From Perkinsela sp. CCAP 1560/9 (lineage: Eukaryota; Protista; Euglenozoa: Kinetoplastea), in assembly GCA_965644495.1 (NCBI GenBank), contig CBFFSA010000003.1, forward strand, positions 434,001 through 498,000: a stretch of 64,000 bases of DNA, in the 5' to 3' direction. Shown piece after piece: positions 44,801-53,668 of this stretch. Each line of letters begins with the position of its first letter. The stretch's first letter is position 1. Under the pieces are notes generated by a model. The model was given only the letters and a program-made list of their open reading frames with translations, made no database searches and had not been told where the DNA came from. The position numbers were made by a program, and so were the translations under genes.

Positions 44801-46237
44801 TCAAATGGTGATACACCGGAAGTTCTACTGTTACATTTCAGTCGTTGGCTTAGGAGCAAGTCTTCCACCCTTTTTGATCCTTTGCTCGCACGCTTCATTA
44901 ACAACATTACTAACCGTGCGCTTGCTTCTGTTCTTCTCCGAATGCGTCAGCTCGGCACACGCATCATTCATGGAAAGCGGGACCGAATCATTTTTTGCAC
45001 TCCGAAGATGTCTTTTGCAGATGGAGAAAAGTATGTTGATTATGTTGTACGGGCGGTGGGCGAAGTCCCAATTTTTCAGCACGCGCGGATTAGTCTTGAA
45101 GCGATGTGGTCTCCATTTTTTCTTCTGGATCCTTATAACTTTATTGGGAGAAGAGTGCAGTGTACGGAAAATTCATTTGCTATCGCATTCGATGAACAAG
45201 GTGACCCGAAAACTAATACGATAGAATTTCACTGGGAGATGGCAGATTCCTTATTATCCTTTGATACTCACCAGCATCGCATGTTTGCTACTCACATGAT
45301 GCAATTTGTATTGCACGCTTCAAAGTACAAACATGAAGCTATTGCAGAGCTTCGTGAAGCAGAGAAAGCGTTTTCCGAAGGAGATACTACAAATGCGACT
45401 GCGGTTACGTTAGACACACGCTACAAGGTAATCGAGAACCAAATGCTATCAAAACTCAGCCAATACATTCACCGTGGTATGGAGCCTCGTTTTCTTAGGC
45501 AATTACATACACTTCGCTATGCTGGAGCTCACGGCGTTGATATATTTTGCCGACTGTTTTGTTACACGCTTGGCTTTGTGGATGGAATCTCCGATTCGGT
45601 GGAAGAAATGCACCAAAATGCATGCAAGCTAGTGGAAATTAGTCCCTTTGAAAGTCCCGAGGTGATTTCAAAACTTCGTAAGCAATATCCAAGGGAAGCC
45701 ACAATTTTGAAAGATTACATGTGCCCATACTGTTTTGAAGTCAAAGATTTGAATATTCTTTACCCTGAGAGAAGTTCAGTCGAGAATCACACAAACGCTT
45801 TTCTTACACAGCAAGGAAATTTGACATCCTCTCTGGAAACGTTGACCCCAATGACTCAGAAAATTTCTAATACTTTGACTCAAGAGACCATGATGAAATC
45901 CCAGTTTGAAAATAGCATCGAAAGTACTATCCGAAAACGACTTTGCTGCACATATTGTGGCAATATTTATGATGAAAAAGCAATTGAAGAATGCCTTATA
46001 TCCTCAATTCTTGATATCGTGAAGCGATACTACTCGCAAGATCTGAAATGTGCCAAATGCAATATGTGTATGGAAACTCTGTTGATACGTCGATGCTCTT
46101 GTGGTGGACATTTTATCAACACCATTTCGAAATCTTCTTTATTAAGCCATATACAAGCATTGGAGATAATCGCGAAACAACGAACCTTGACGCTTCTTCA
46201 AGAATATACTTCAAATGTCCGCAGAATGATTAAATGA
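38861..46237 (+). CDS. POLE: DNA polymerase epsilon catalytic subunit
   Basis: Exo I 'FDIETTKAPLKFP', 'TYNGDNFDFPF', region II 'HLDVGAMYPNIILTNRLQP', CysX 'CASC...C', 'QLAHKCILNSFYGY', 'ELDTDGIWC', C-terminal Cys clusters. Confidence 0.98.
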   Translation: MMEVIHSLDEEERVGWLINMTANTTVDSESKVSLATLQLFFLDKSNGSVFETKLPYAPYFFVITKDGFEREVEVGLRSHFSDMIVSIEWVEKEDLEMPNHLSGKQRTLLKILFRNVNDLTTVKSRIVSAIKVNASTDKFITEFRDQEFDYSGNGRGYFESQTKSSYTEKIVELREYDVKYAMRCSIDMDVFVGSWYTVSAFHGTTTLRRAAIDDVSPPLRVLTFDIETTKAPLKFPQPSSDQVFMISVSLDGRGMLLVNRDVVASDIADFEYIPKISDSSRTIPVAVSNHKDEKSLLISFFDLVKNFSPHVVVTYNGDNFDFPFLQARAEANDLVLRDSIGFYQSTDGAFLHENGLASHLDCLYWVKRDSYLPQGSHGLKAVTRAKLGYNPVEVDPEEMVPLARGPQCQRMASYAVSDVVSTYDLFAKYIQPFVFSLCTIIPLRPDEVLRKGSGTLCESLLCIQAYRKNVVYPNKRLDEHEKFHKGQLIDTETYIGGHVEALEAGVYRYDLPLRFRCTSSAYQDILSDLDQCLRFALETEHDTKIDDVINFEKIKEEVSLALTSLRDKPERTEKPLILHLDVGAMYPNIILTNRLQPSSMVNDDICASCCFNREENQCKRPMEWIWKGDLFTASRGEYNQIRSQLERESFEERHVEKAIEDMVANASKKKAAAAFSRGSSGSSSMWGTKPAIWERNAFKTTSRSSNNYNRFNRGGSRPNYAPGQKAERPTVNEEFRRLKSQAHAIKRTKRSGRNSDDSDGSDLTENDGNDSQNDEALSKPFHSLSDAVQVSMIKKRVTEYCKRAHRKLHESKEERKNSVVCQRENSFYVDTVRLFRDRRYVYKAETKKWKSKLSQALESSDSTNIKECQGRIIQFESLQLAHKCILNSFYGYVMRKGSRWYSMEMAGVVTYLGATLIQMARELVQQLGIPLELDTDGIWCCLPSSFPENLTFVTKTGKQIVVNYPCVLLNKEVNDRYTNSQYQDMVSPGAYAIRSECSIFFEVDGPHQAMILPASQVEGGCIKKRYAVFYPDGTLGELKGFEIKRRGELKMLKDFQDKVFYQFMLGNTLIESYSAAASVANKTLDVLFNKGVGVDDDEILDMLVESRNMSRRLCDYPADQKSLALTTARRIADFLGPQMVQDKGLTCSFVISRYPEGKPVTQRAIPISIFNASDDVRVLFLSKWVGGDRATDLRHFLDWEYYITRFSSCVQKIITIPAAMQGIKNPVPRVKHPDWLASKVREKYSPFVQTTLLQNFTRAQVGIPKQCAIETEITTKVNMFLPESEHIILPRNVQSRYLMAKTLGEIPLDDNFFIAPSYLQWIRGAQRIWRTLIRNRSALSALEFRQVSTITAPREGKNVGEGALHTLAERSKRRVLSSCWHVLRAFKKPNYPSSEEAYLTCLVDQTEMYTFPIRVPRVFLVNSKTPLSDLDSNLCRLVTEKNIVLPRNAQLHHLYELTVPSHMDTDVLLRQLYCCSDDVCGVYESNVDIVTKALLKFGNCVRVLPEARAKREDLSIGEVLHHGFSITELEGVQETNARSNYVLRELTEPDRNQSDNLNSKSFEHKFLPWTPVLRMVHMYHLRLTDSTNNIETDITLLTHISKRSSYIFACIEGKPELSKHHKEVLNLLYAELRDNTAQFLNSIRTASTERTPKEAFASWLSPNSLLLEGFTKRDSFWSYVDDLCADFLSEAPTMMLIQSNVSKQPWDNVTETITESNPQFSYGTLQTKLPVFPIPYNNTDECLISLDCLGEFLTDERLSTMKHADKALIRGDIVDNLKIAFERIVARAIERLFLIPPFLIDHVHQASYSNLPICSLGSDSVSVMWDTLYARELMRKSHVLWLSKTGCPDLGKSATDISSKHSMDDWEGAGSMREVVVPGFYYTWSAELRIFHFEVSSLLLSQEVFEEQDAMGEWLQDAGLLTHFHVLRDIVGKVYGHAVKGNNPESIEATKSSPYFSVKTGKRAQEVNLQGKKHVDDVLLSNGDTPEVLLLHFSRWLRSKSSTLFDPLLARFINNITNRALASVLLRMRQLGTRIIHGKRDRIIFCTPKMSFADGEKYVDYVVRAVGEVPIFQHARISLEAMWSPFFLLDPYNFIGRRVQCTENSFAIAFDEQGDPKTNTIEFHWEMADSLLSFDTHQHRMFATHMMQFVLHASKYKHEAIAELREAEKAFSEGDTTNATAVTLDTRYKVIENQMLSKLSQYIHRGMEPRFLRQLHTLRYAGAHGVDIFCRLFCYTLGFVDGISDSVEEMHQNACKLVEISPFESPEVISKLRKQYPREATILKDYMCPYCFEVKDLNILYPERSSVENHTNAFLTQQGNLTSSLETLTPMTQKISNTLTQETMMKSQFENSIESTIRKRLCCTYCGNIYDEKAIEECLISSILDIVKRYYSQDLKCAKCNMCMETLLIRRCSCGGHFINTISKSSLLSHIQALEIIAKQRTLTLLQEYTSNVRRMIK

Positions 46238-46449
46238 TAAAAAATGGACTTGTCAAATTACAAAGAGAAGGCTGTACTCTTCGATCGCTAGCCTGGAGGA
46301 TGAACCTAGTACCCCATTGTATAGCATGGGGGATGAGCCTAAATTGTACTTGTACATAGAAAATGAATGTCATTCTTTCTTACCAGACACTGAAAAAAAT
46401 AATACTTTAAGGTTCTTTTGGTTCGCTTTTCTTTTCTACTTTTCAGTGG

Positions 46450-47307
46450 ATGATATCTCTTTCATCAGTAACCGTATCGCTCAGAGATGAACGTCGCAGC
46501 GGCTCACGCCAGGGAAAAGTACGTGGCGCAGGATTGCCACCCGAACTTGAAATGGTCCGTCTCGTTGAGAATGTACTGAATCCTGATTCTTCGTGGAAAG
46601 CAGAGAAGGCTTTGGTGAAATGGTACGGCGTTGGTTGTGATAAAAATGGACATCCAACTAGTTTGAGTTGGGGAAATATGCTGTTTCGCGGCCAGCTTTC
46701 ATGGAAATTTCTTCCCTCCACTCTTAATTCCATAAGCGTCGTAAGCAACGCCTTAGAGGGTGAACTCCCAACTGAGTGCTTTCCGGTATCGCTGCGCGAT
46801 TTTTATGTTTATCGTAATCGTCTTGATGGGGAAATAAATTTGAAGAATTTGCCACTGCATTTACAGGATTTATATTTGAATCATAATCAATTTACAGGGG
46901 AACTAAATCTCACTTGCCTTCCTGCTGGACTACATAACCTATATCTCAATCATAATAGATTCAGTGGAGAAGTGTCCCTTCGTTCGCTGCCCCTGTCGCT
47001 GTCAAAACTTGCGTTGCACAACAACCTCCTTTCTGGACAGGTTAGCCTCTTGCAACTTCCTCCCGACCTAGAAGGATTGTTTTTAAACTCAAATCGATTC
47101 ACCGGGACTTTGTCTCTTAGAAATCTTCCTGCACGCCTACGCGATTTGTATCTTCATCAGAACCAGTTTTATGGTAAGGTCGACGTTACCGAACTTCCGT
47201 TAGCTATGGCGCGGTTGGATTTGAGCGAAAATGCCTTGGAAGGCTTGGAACACGTCCAAGGTGCTGTCGTTATCGTAGGTAAGCAGAATAGTCTTTCGAC
47301 GGAATGA
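46450..47307 (+). CDS. Leucine-rich repeat protein (~23-aa repeats LPxxLxxLYLxxNxFxGxxxLxx)
   Basis: About 8 regular repeats; preceded by pyrimidine tract + AG. Confidence 0.93.
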   Translation: MISLSSVTVSLRDERRSGSRQGKVRGAGLPPELEMVRLVENVLNPDSSWKAEKALVKWYGVGCDKNGHPTSLSWGNMLFRGQLSWKFLPSTLNSISVVSNALEGELPTECFPVSLRDFYVYRNRLDGEINLKNLPLHLQDLYLNHNQFTGELNLTCLPAGLHNLYLNHNRFSGEVSLRSLPLSLSKLALHNNLLSGQVSLLQLPPDLEGLFLNSNRFTGTLSLRNLPARLRDLYLHQNQFYGKVDVTELPLAMARLDLSENALEGLEHVQGAVVIVGKQNSLSTE

Positions 47308-48229
47308 TGCACGCACGTTTTTCTTTTAGAAAACTGAGGTAAAGCACATAAAAATAAGGATTAATTAAACCGGGACGTATAAATATTCTAATTACAGACC
47401 ACAACATTACAATTACAGACCATTAGTAACCTAATTGGACGCTTATCCTAATTTTTTTTATGTATTTTTTTTTTAAATGTCCATTGAAGTGATACAATTT
47501 TTGGAGCGATGAATTATGGAGGTTTGCAGGAGCCATGTGATCTGATTCTAAACCTGATGATTCTAAACCTAGGAAAAAAATTGGGAATAAGTAGAAAGAG
47601 CAAAACAAGGGCTTCTCTTGGTGCGTATACATCACAAACCTGTCAATATAGGTTTGGGTAAATCCACTGCTTGGAATTTCGGAGCTGTTTTTTATTGGGC
47701 TCGAAAAGGTTCGGATATCGAGATGACTGAGCGGGATGGTCCTTGATCGTTTTTTCAAGTTATTCTTTTTTGTCAGGAGTCATTCAAGGATATTTTCCTT
47801 CCTAGCCGTGATGATGAAAAACTTCGAGATTATGAACAGTCAGGGCACAAGAAAAGCTGTACTAGAATAGAGCGTCAGAGAGCTTCGTTCAGTTCTTAAA
47901 TGCAAGCCATCGGCCACTGCAAGCACGCCCGAACACATGTTCAATGCGGGATCGAAAGTGTCCCAAAGACTCCTTATACGTCATTTTATGATGTGCATTG
48001 TCCACATGGTTCCATCTTGCCATTCGGTGACAAAGTTCGGCCATATTTTTGTTTTGTCGAAAGGAATAATGAACTTTTGGGGAAAATCATAGAAATCCCC
48101 ATTCGCAAGAGTTTGAATTTGGTAATAATCATGAAGTCTACAATCTTGGATAGCACTATCGGGCGACGCTCTCTGATACAAAGATTCGCCATAGTGGCAC
48201 AGATATTTGATCAATGTACACGGGCATCT

Positions 48230-48265
48230 AGATAATAAAAAAAACTTGCTAGTTTCTTTATATTG
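48230..48265 (+). other. Spliced-leader (mini-exon)-like 36-mer at the 5' junction of the retroelement
   Basis: 'agataataaaaaaaacttgctAGTTTCTttATATTG' resembles the conserved kinetoplastid SL 3' end (AGTTTCTGTACTATATTG); not followed by the GTA of an SL intron, so not an SL RNA gene. Confidence 0.4.
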
Positions 48266-49657
48266 AAGGATAAGTTCAGTGATCTGACGCTTTGGGCTTA
48301 CCTAGACGACCTTTCAATCATCGGCCCGGCAGAACGTGTCGCACAGGCGTTTGGCGCTCTCTGTGATCACGCTTCGGGAATAGGACTGGAGGTACATCCG
48401 GCAAAATGTAAGCTTTCGACGCATTTCAATGACCAGTACGCTCCTTTCAGAGGTATGAACATAGAGCATGCGGAGCAAGGACAAAAGCTCCTAGGTGCAT
48501 TCGTCTCCAAGGAAGGCGCGGATGAAACCAGATGGGTAGTCAACCAAATGCCTAAATTGCAGACATTCCTGGATCGGCTGCAACATCTCTCGTTACAAAG
48601 TGCTTACATTTTGCTGAAGAGATGTGGAGTCCCCCGGTGGGACTACCTAATGCGGTGTCATGAGCCGGAGGTAACGGCAAAAGCCAACGTGTTAGCGGAC
48701 AAGGCCATACAGGAGTGTGCCTCAGAGCTGCTAGGAGGCTTCGAAGACCTGGAAAAGAACCCGTTTCACAGTACTCTCATGACGGGCGACCTTTTGGGGG
48801 CGAAACCTTTTGCGCAGCAAGCGGCAACTCTGTATTCTCGCACAAAAGCTGAGGTATTAGGGTGTATGGAAAGACGACGTTCTGCCTTGACAAGATATGA
48901 AGAGTCGAAGTCAGCAGTGCGTAAAGAAACCAGCGAACTACATGACGTCCATTCACTTCAGTTGATGGACAAGAGAACGCGCAATTGGACAGAGGCGCGT
49001 AGGAATCGGGGTGAGTACTTCATGCGCGACGCAGAATGGGAAACAGCCATGCGCATGCGATACTTGATAGCACCTACTTCGGACCCTTTCGCACAATGTG
49101 AGTGCGGAGACATCCTCTCAAACAAAGATTTTGTTGTGCACGCCCTTGACTGCAATAAAGTCAAAGGCGACACTGAGGCCACTCGCCACAAACTTGTTAA
49201 GAATGCCTTCGTGCACTTGCTACGACAGTACGGATTCACTCCTGACAATCATGAACCCCGATTCTCTGCTGGTCAGGGCCCCGACGTCTGCTTTATGCTG
49301 GGAGGGAAGATATGTCTGGTGGACGTGACCGTCGTTAACCCCCTCGCCCCTTCTTATGTTAAGGCCGAATGGGTAGCGCCTGGCAACACTCTAGAAAGGG
49401 TGGAAAGCTTGTAAGTAAAAGCGCACAGTGACATGGCCACGAAAAGGGGTATGCATTTCTACCCCCTTGCATTTACCGTTTTTGGTGTGGCAGGGAAGCG
49501 CACCGTACTCCTCCTAAAGGAGATCGCAAGGTATACGTATGACAGGAAAGGTTTCCTGCGTCATGCACTACAAGCCATTAATGTGGCTGTTCAAAAAGGC
49601 AACGCCGCGATACTATCCTCCGCGGTAAAAGAGTGGAGGAAGGCGGGTGTCCGCTAA
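48266..49657 (+). mobile_element. 5'-truncated, inactivated non-LTR retrotransposon, CRE/SLACS/CZAR-like (RT C-half + CCHC knuckle + restriction-like endonuclease)
   Basis: RT 'WAYLDDL', 'GLEVHPAKC', 'KLLG'; 'CECG...HALDC'; RLE 'RHKLV...GPDV...VDVTV'; an in-frame TAA at 49412-49414 continues in frame into 'VKAH...FYPLAFTVFG...VAVQKGNA'. Confidence 0.9.
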
Positions 49658-49685
49658 TTGAAAATTTACTTATTACAATTCATAT

Positions 49686-50604
49686 TAAACCACCGTCCGG
49701 GTTATTATACCTAGGAGGTATAATAAGTGTCCCTAGGTATAATAAGTGTCCCTAGGTATAATAACTTTGCTTTGCAAAAAGGATAAAAAAAATTTCGCGC
49801 CGCTTCGCGGCGCGTTCTTCTTCACATTGCCCACAACAAGTTATGATCCATTTGTAAGTTTCCCTCTCGCGCCTGGGGAAACGTGTGCGAGTGGGGGGTA
49901 AGATTGTTTTCTGGGGGGTCAGGGGTAAAAGAATATGAAATGTCACGAATACATGTATTTTCGTGGTTACTATACCCAAACTGATCAAAATTCTTGACAA
50001 GGGATGTAATGCAAGCAGATAGTGGCAGACGGTGACAGATGGTGGCAGACAAAACCATACACTTCTGCAGTACATCCAATGTCAATCTGATTTCTTGGTA
50101 AGTTTCCCTCATCAAACGCAACATTGAAATTTACGCGCAGTGAGTGGAAAAGATTGCTGCGACAACAAAGAGCATGCACCAGCATGCTTTTACGTGTCCA
50201 GGAGATGAATTAACCCTTTCGGAGTGTTTATGTTTGGGCGATCGTCCGTAATCCCGTCTTTGTGGCATAAATCAGGGGGGGGATCAGAAAAATTGTAAAA
50301 AATGCAAGATTTTGTCTACCAAAAAACAATGTGATCTATGTGCATTCGAAAATCCAAACGCAGATTACGTGCCTGCACGTTCATGAGCCCTGTTCGAGTG
50401 CTCTCGAATGCGCTATAACTTTCCAAAATGGGCCAAGTTTTACAAATTTTAGTCCCCTCCCACATCAAAGTTTACTGTCCTGTAAGTTCTGCACCCGCCT
50501 CTGAAGGTAGGGGGGGGGAGGTATAATAAGGACCCTAGGGACACTTATTATACCTAGGAGGTACAATAGGTGTCCCTAGGTATAATAACCCGGACGGTGG
50601 TTTA
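49686..50604. mobile_element. Non-autonomous TIR element (MITE-like), 919 bp, probable TA target duplication
   Basis: Perfect 30-bp inverted repeat TAAACCACCGTCCGGGTTATTATACCTAGG (49686-49715 / 50575-50604); subterminal 19-bp repeats (CCTAGGTATAATAAGTGTC) at both ends; no convincing ORF. Confidence 0.88.
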
Positions 50605-50794
50605 CATTCTATTTTTTTTTTGGACCTTAAAGATACGTGCGCGCTACGAAAGTCAGATTCTTTATATCAGTTGGAATATAACAACCTCCCCCAATGGACC
50701 TACGTGGTTCGTGTACTGGGCTTATAGAGGCAAAAAAAGAAGGCAAAATGCCCTTTGCATTCGCAAAACAAATCATGTAACCCCGGGAACGGTA

Positions 50795-51148
50795 TATTAT
50801 TTAAATCGTTATTTAAATAATATAGTGTTATTTAAATAATATAGTGTTAAAGTTTCTAAAATATTTTAAATAATATACAGTAGCGTCAACGCTATAATAT
50901 TTAAATAGGGGAAAAACGCAAGTAAAATTGTGGTCTTTAGAAGTACGCACCGTAGGTTAACGGGCTTTTACGGTGTTATAGAGCACTTAAAATGTTGAAA
51001 AAAAAGGATTTTAGCCTATTGTTCTAGGTATTGCCAAAGAATTCTAGGTATTTCCAAAGAAATGTCTCGACAAGTAGGCCCGCCATAATGGGAAAATTTC
51101 GCCATTTAAATAAATAATATAGTGTCATTTAAATAAAAAATAATATTA
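50795..51148. repeat. AT-rich short repeats (ATTTAAATAATATAGTGTT x2 tandem, variants near 51104-51148)
   Basis: Tandem copies at 50811-50848; related ATTTAAATA motifs recur. Confidence 0.7.
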
Positions 51149-51171
51149 CCGAAATATAGAATAGTTTTCAG

Positions 51172-51246
51172 CATGATGATATCGATGATATTTCCCTGCT
51201 TATTTGAAGCAAGCATGATATTCGACGCATACTCATATCTGAGAAT
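51172..51246 (+). repeat. ~75-bp dispersed direct repeat, copy 1 (copy 2 at 55144-55220)
   Basis: Shared core 'GATGATATTTCCCTGCTTATTTGA.GCAAGCATGA.ATTCG...ATATCTGAGAAT'. Confidence 0.85.
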
Positions 51247-51334
51247 ACAGTCCAGACCACAGAGTACACCGTGAGAGCTTTTGACCTAATTCCTTCGGCA
51301 ATCGACAGATCTTGAGGGGCTGCGGGTGGGGATT

Positions 51335-51397
51335 CGGTGCGGTCTCGGCGCGGCCTCGGTGCGGTCTCGGCGCGGCCTCGGTGCGGTCTCGGTGCGG
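51335..51397 (+). repeat. 11-bp tandem array CGGYGCGGYCT (~5.7 copies)
   Basis: Seen directly; the same unit recurs at 53863-53906. Confidence 0.92.
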
Positions 51398-51733
51398 CGT
51401 ACGCACTTATCTCAGTGCAAGAACAGAAAGTGTGGAATGGGTGGGGAGTGGGGGCAGGGGCGTAGAAGGCGAAGGCGAGGCTACATGAATCCGGACATAG
51501 TTGGAGAGGAAATCTCAATGAAATTTACGGTTATTAACAAATCTGTACGGTTAGTAACAAATCTACTAAAAGGAATATACGCGTGATTTTACCAAAGAAA
51601 GGGGTAACCCTGATACACTCATTTATAACTACAAATTTATCACGAGCCTTGAACGTAAATATTTTTCTTTTTGGTGTACACCCCCTAGGCCCACCGGAAG
51701 CCTACCCCCCCCCCCGCCCATAAGTAAATAAAA

Positions 51734-52719
51734 TTACTTAGCACACTTATTTGATTTTTTAGGCTCATAGGCAACGCCATCTATATTTTCCTTAAGCCAC
51801 TCTCTGCAGCTTTCGATACCATCAACTACACCGCACCCTTTACTACATAAACACTCACCTTCATCACTTGTAGATTTCAAACTTAAATTTATAATCGAAT
51901 CGAAAACATACTGCGGCTGAGTAGCCAGCAGTCCATACGTAACTACAGAAACAATTTGAAAAGCGTCTCTGACCCATGATATATCATGATCAGTACCATG
52001 AAGAAAACGAAACTTGTCGAAATGTGCAAAACGTCGCTCAATTCGAGAGCGAATCAGTGAAATCCTTTCATTCACACGTTTTTCATCATCGGTGAGACCA
52101 CAGCCAGTTTTCTTATAGGGTACAAGGCAGTGCGCACAACCTATGTACCCTAGATCGGCCAAGAACATTTCATCTTCGTGGTGAGTGAACAGCGGAGTAC
52201 GATGCACACTAGTACTCATATAAATTTTGGCATCATGCATGCTGCCAACAACTGGTCCGCGAAAGAAGAATGGAACTCCGGCCAGAGTTAGCCAAACTTC
52301 CACCTTGAAGCAGTGCTGCCGGTGCTTTCCCGAATAGGTGCTACCTCGGGTGGTTCCATCAGGTGCTTCTCTCGGTTTTCTTGCACGACATGGGATCGTC
52401 GTGACGTCCAGCATGCAGGTTACGTCAGATAACCATGATACTCCCTGGGTAAACCGTGGCTCGGGGTTCATGAACAGGGGTGAACGGCACAGCTCACACG
52501 AGTAAAATCATCCTGGAGAGTCCGAATTGAAATCAACGGGGCGTCCGGTGAGAGCCACGCCCTTTGGACATCGTACAACTGTTCCCATGCGCAATTCAGA
52601 GAACAGATGCACAATGATGACTGACCACGACGGTAATCAGTCTCCGTAACATCGGATCCATGCACACGTCGGAGCTCGTTGTAGAACTCCCGCACCTGTG
52701 CTGCCGAGATGCCAAACAT
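51734..52719 (-). pseudogene. PIF/Harbinger-type DDE transposase (DDE_Tnp_4); catalytic part 51734-52471 open, N-terminal part out of frame
   Basis: 'CMLDVTTIP', 'YSGKHRQHCFK', 'GSMHDAKIY', 'FLADLGYIG', 'VPYKK', 'EKRVNERISLIRSRIERRFAHF'. Upstream ORF 52468-52719 overlaps by ATGA; one frameshift near 52500-52510 would join them. Confidence 0.85.
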
Positions 52720-53023
52720 AGAGAGAGAATGAAACGATTGAAGGAAATTTCGATTTAAAAGCAGAATAAGTAGGGTTGTATTTTATTATTGGGCGGAAAT
52801 ATTTTAGCATGTACTTGTAATTAGTGGAATGAAATAACAATTAGTGGAATGAGCTAGTAATTAGGGAAAATCGAACAGAACAGTAGTGGGGACGAAATTG
52901 CCTTACCTTACCTTGCCTTCTAACTTGCCTTATTACCTTCTTTACCATCTCATTACCGTCTTACCTTCGTAAGACCTTGTTACCGTCTTACCTTCGTACT
53001 TTCTCGTCTCATGTGGAGCACAC

Positions 53024-53668
53024 CTATAAGGCCGGGAAACGAATCGAATGATCCGAAGTAGCGATCGGGCTGGCCACCGAATACGAGGGAGGATTGTATT
53101 CTGGGGGTGGTGGTGAGACTTCAGCCCCGCTGCTTGATTCATTTTGACGAGAAGCGGTCCGCTTGCGCTGACGCCACTGCTGGCAAACGAGAGACCGCTT
53201 CCCGGAAAAAGAGCACCGCACGCTGTCCACAAAGTCGCCCACTTCACCTTGGTGATGGGGGGAAAAGAGAGGGTCTTTTTGAAGGTACGCTTCAAGGTCG
53301 GCGGTTGCCTCTCCAAGGAAGTACGCGCTCCGGGGGCGGACGCTCAGAAGCAGATGGCCCCGGCGGTCAACCAAGTGGAACAGGACGCGAGTCACGATGC
53401 ACGAGGTCAAGTTAATGCCACACACAGAGCGTGCAACATGTAGGAAGTTGTCCATCGTGCATGACACGCGCCCTGCGAGTTCATCCACTTTACTACTGAG
53501 CTCTGCATTGCTTATCTCCAAACGTGGCTTGGAGAAAACGTCGGGCCTCTTCGTAAAGACCCGGATCGTCGAAGCGTTGATGACATCGAAGAATTTGTCT
53601 TCGGCACTTGTCTCAGGCTCAAGAGAAGTCAATCGCTCTTGCAATGCGTCATTGCTCTCGATAGTCAT
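53024..53668 (-). CDS. Transposon ORF2, 214 aa, unknown family
   Basis: ATG-initiated, same strand as the transposase, inside the TIRs, preceded by pyrimidine tract/branch/AG; no Myb/SANT Trp spacing recognised. Confidence 0.55.
   Translation of the reverse strand: MTIESNDALQERLTSLEPETSAEDKFFDVINASTIRVFTKRPDVFSKPRLEISNAELSSKVDELAGRVSCTMDNFLHVARSVCGINLTSCIVTRVLFHLVDRRGHLLLSVRPRSAYFLGEATADLEAYLQKDPLFSPHHQGEVGDFVDSVRCSFSGKRSLVCQQWRQRKRTASRQNESSSGAEVSPPPPEYNPPSYSVASPIATSDHSIRFPAL

Noticed and set aside
48230-48265. Functional SL RNA gene
   Set aside because: No GTA donor/SL intron or Sm site follows; treated only as an exon-like remnant.
49412-49414. Stop-codon reassignment/readthrough (Blastocrithidia-like code)
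   Set aside because: All host genes are uninterrupted and use TAA, TAG and TGA as stops; a single nonsense mutation is simpler.
49711-49766. Repeats resembling a CRISPR array (also the 11-mer arrays)
   Set aside because: Contiguous tandem units without unique spacers, no cas genes, eukaryotic context.
49752-50185. Short minus-strand ORFs inside MITE 1
   Set aside because: Overlapping, mostly non-ATG starts, no transposase motifs.
51168-51586. ORFs over the 11-mer array
   Set aside because: Translations of the tandem repeat.
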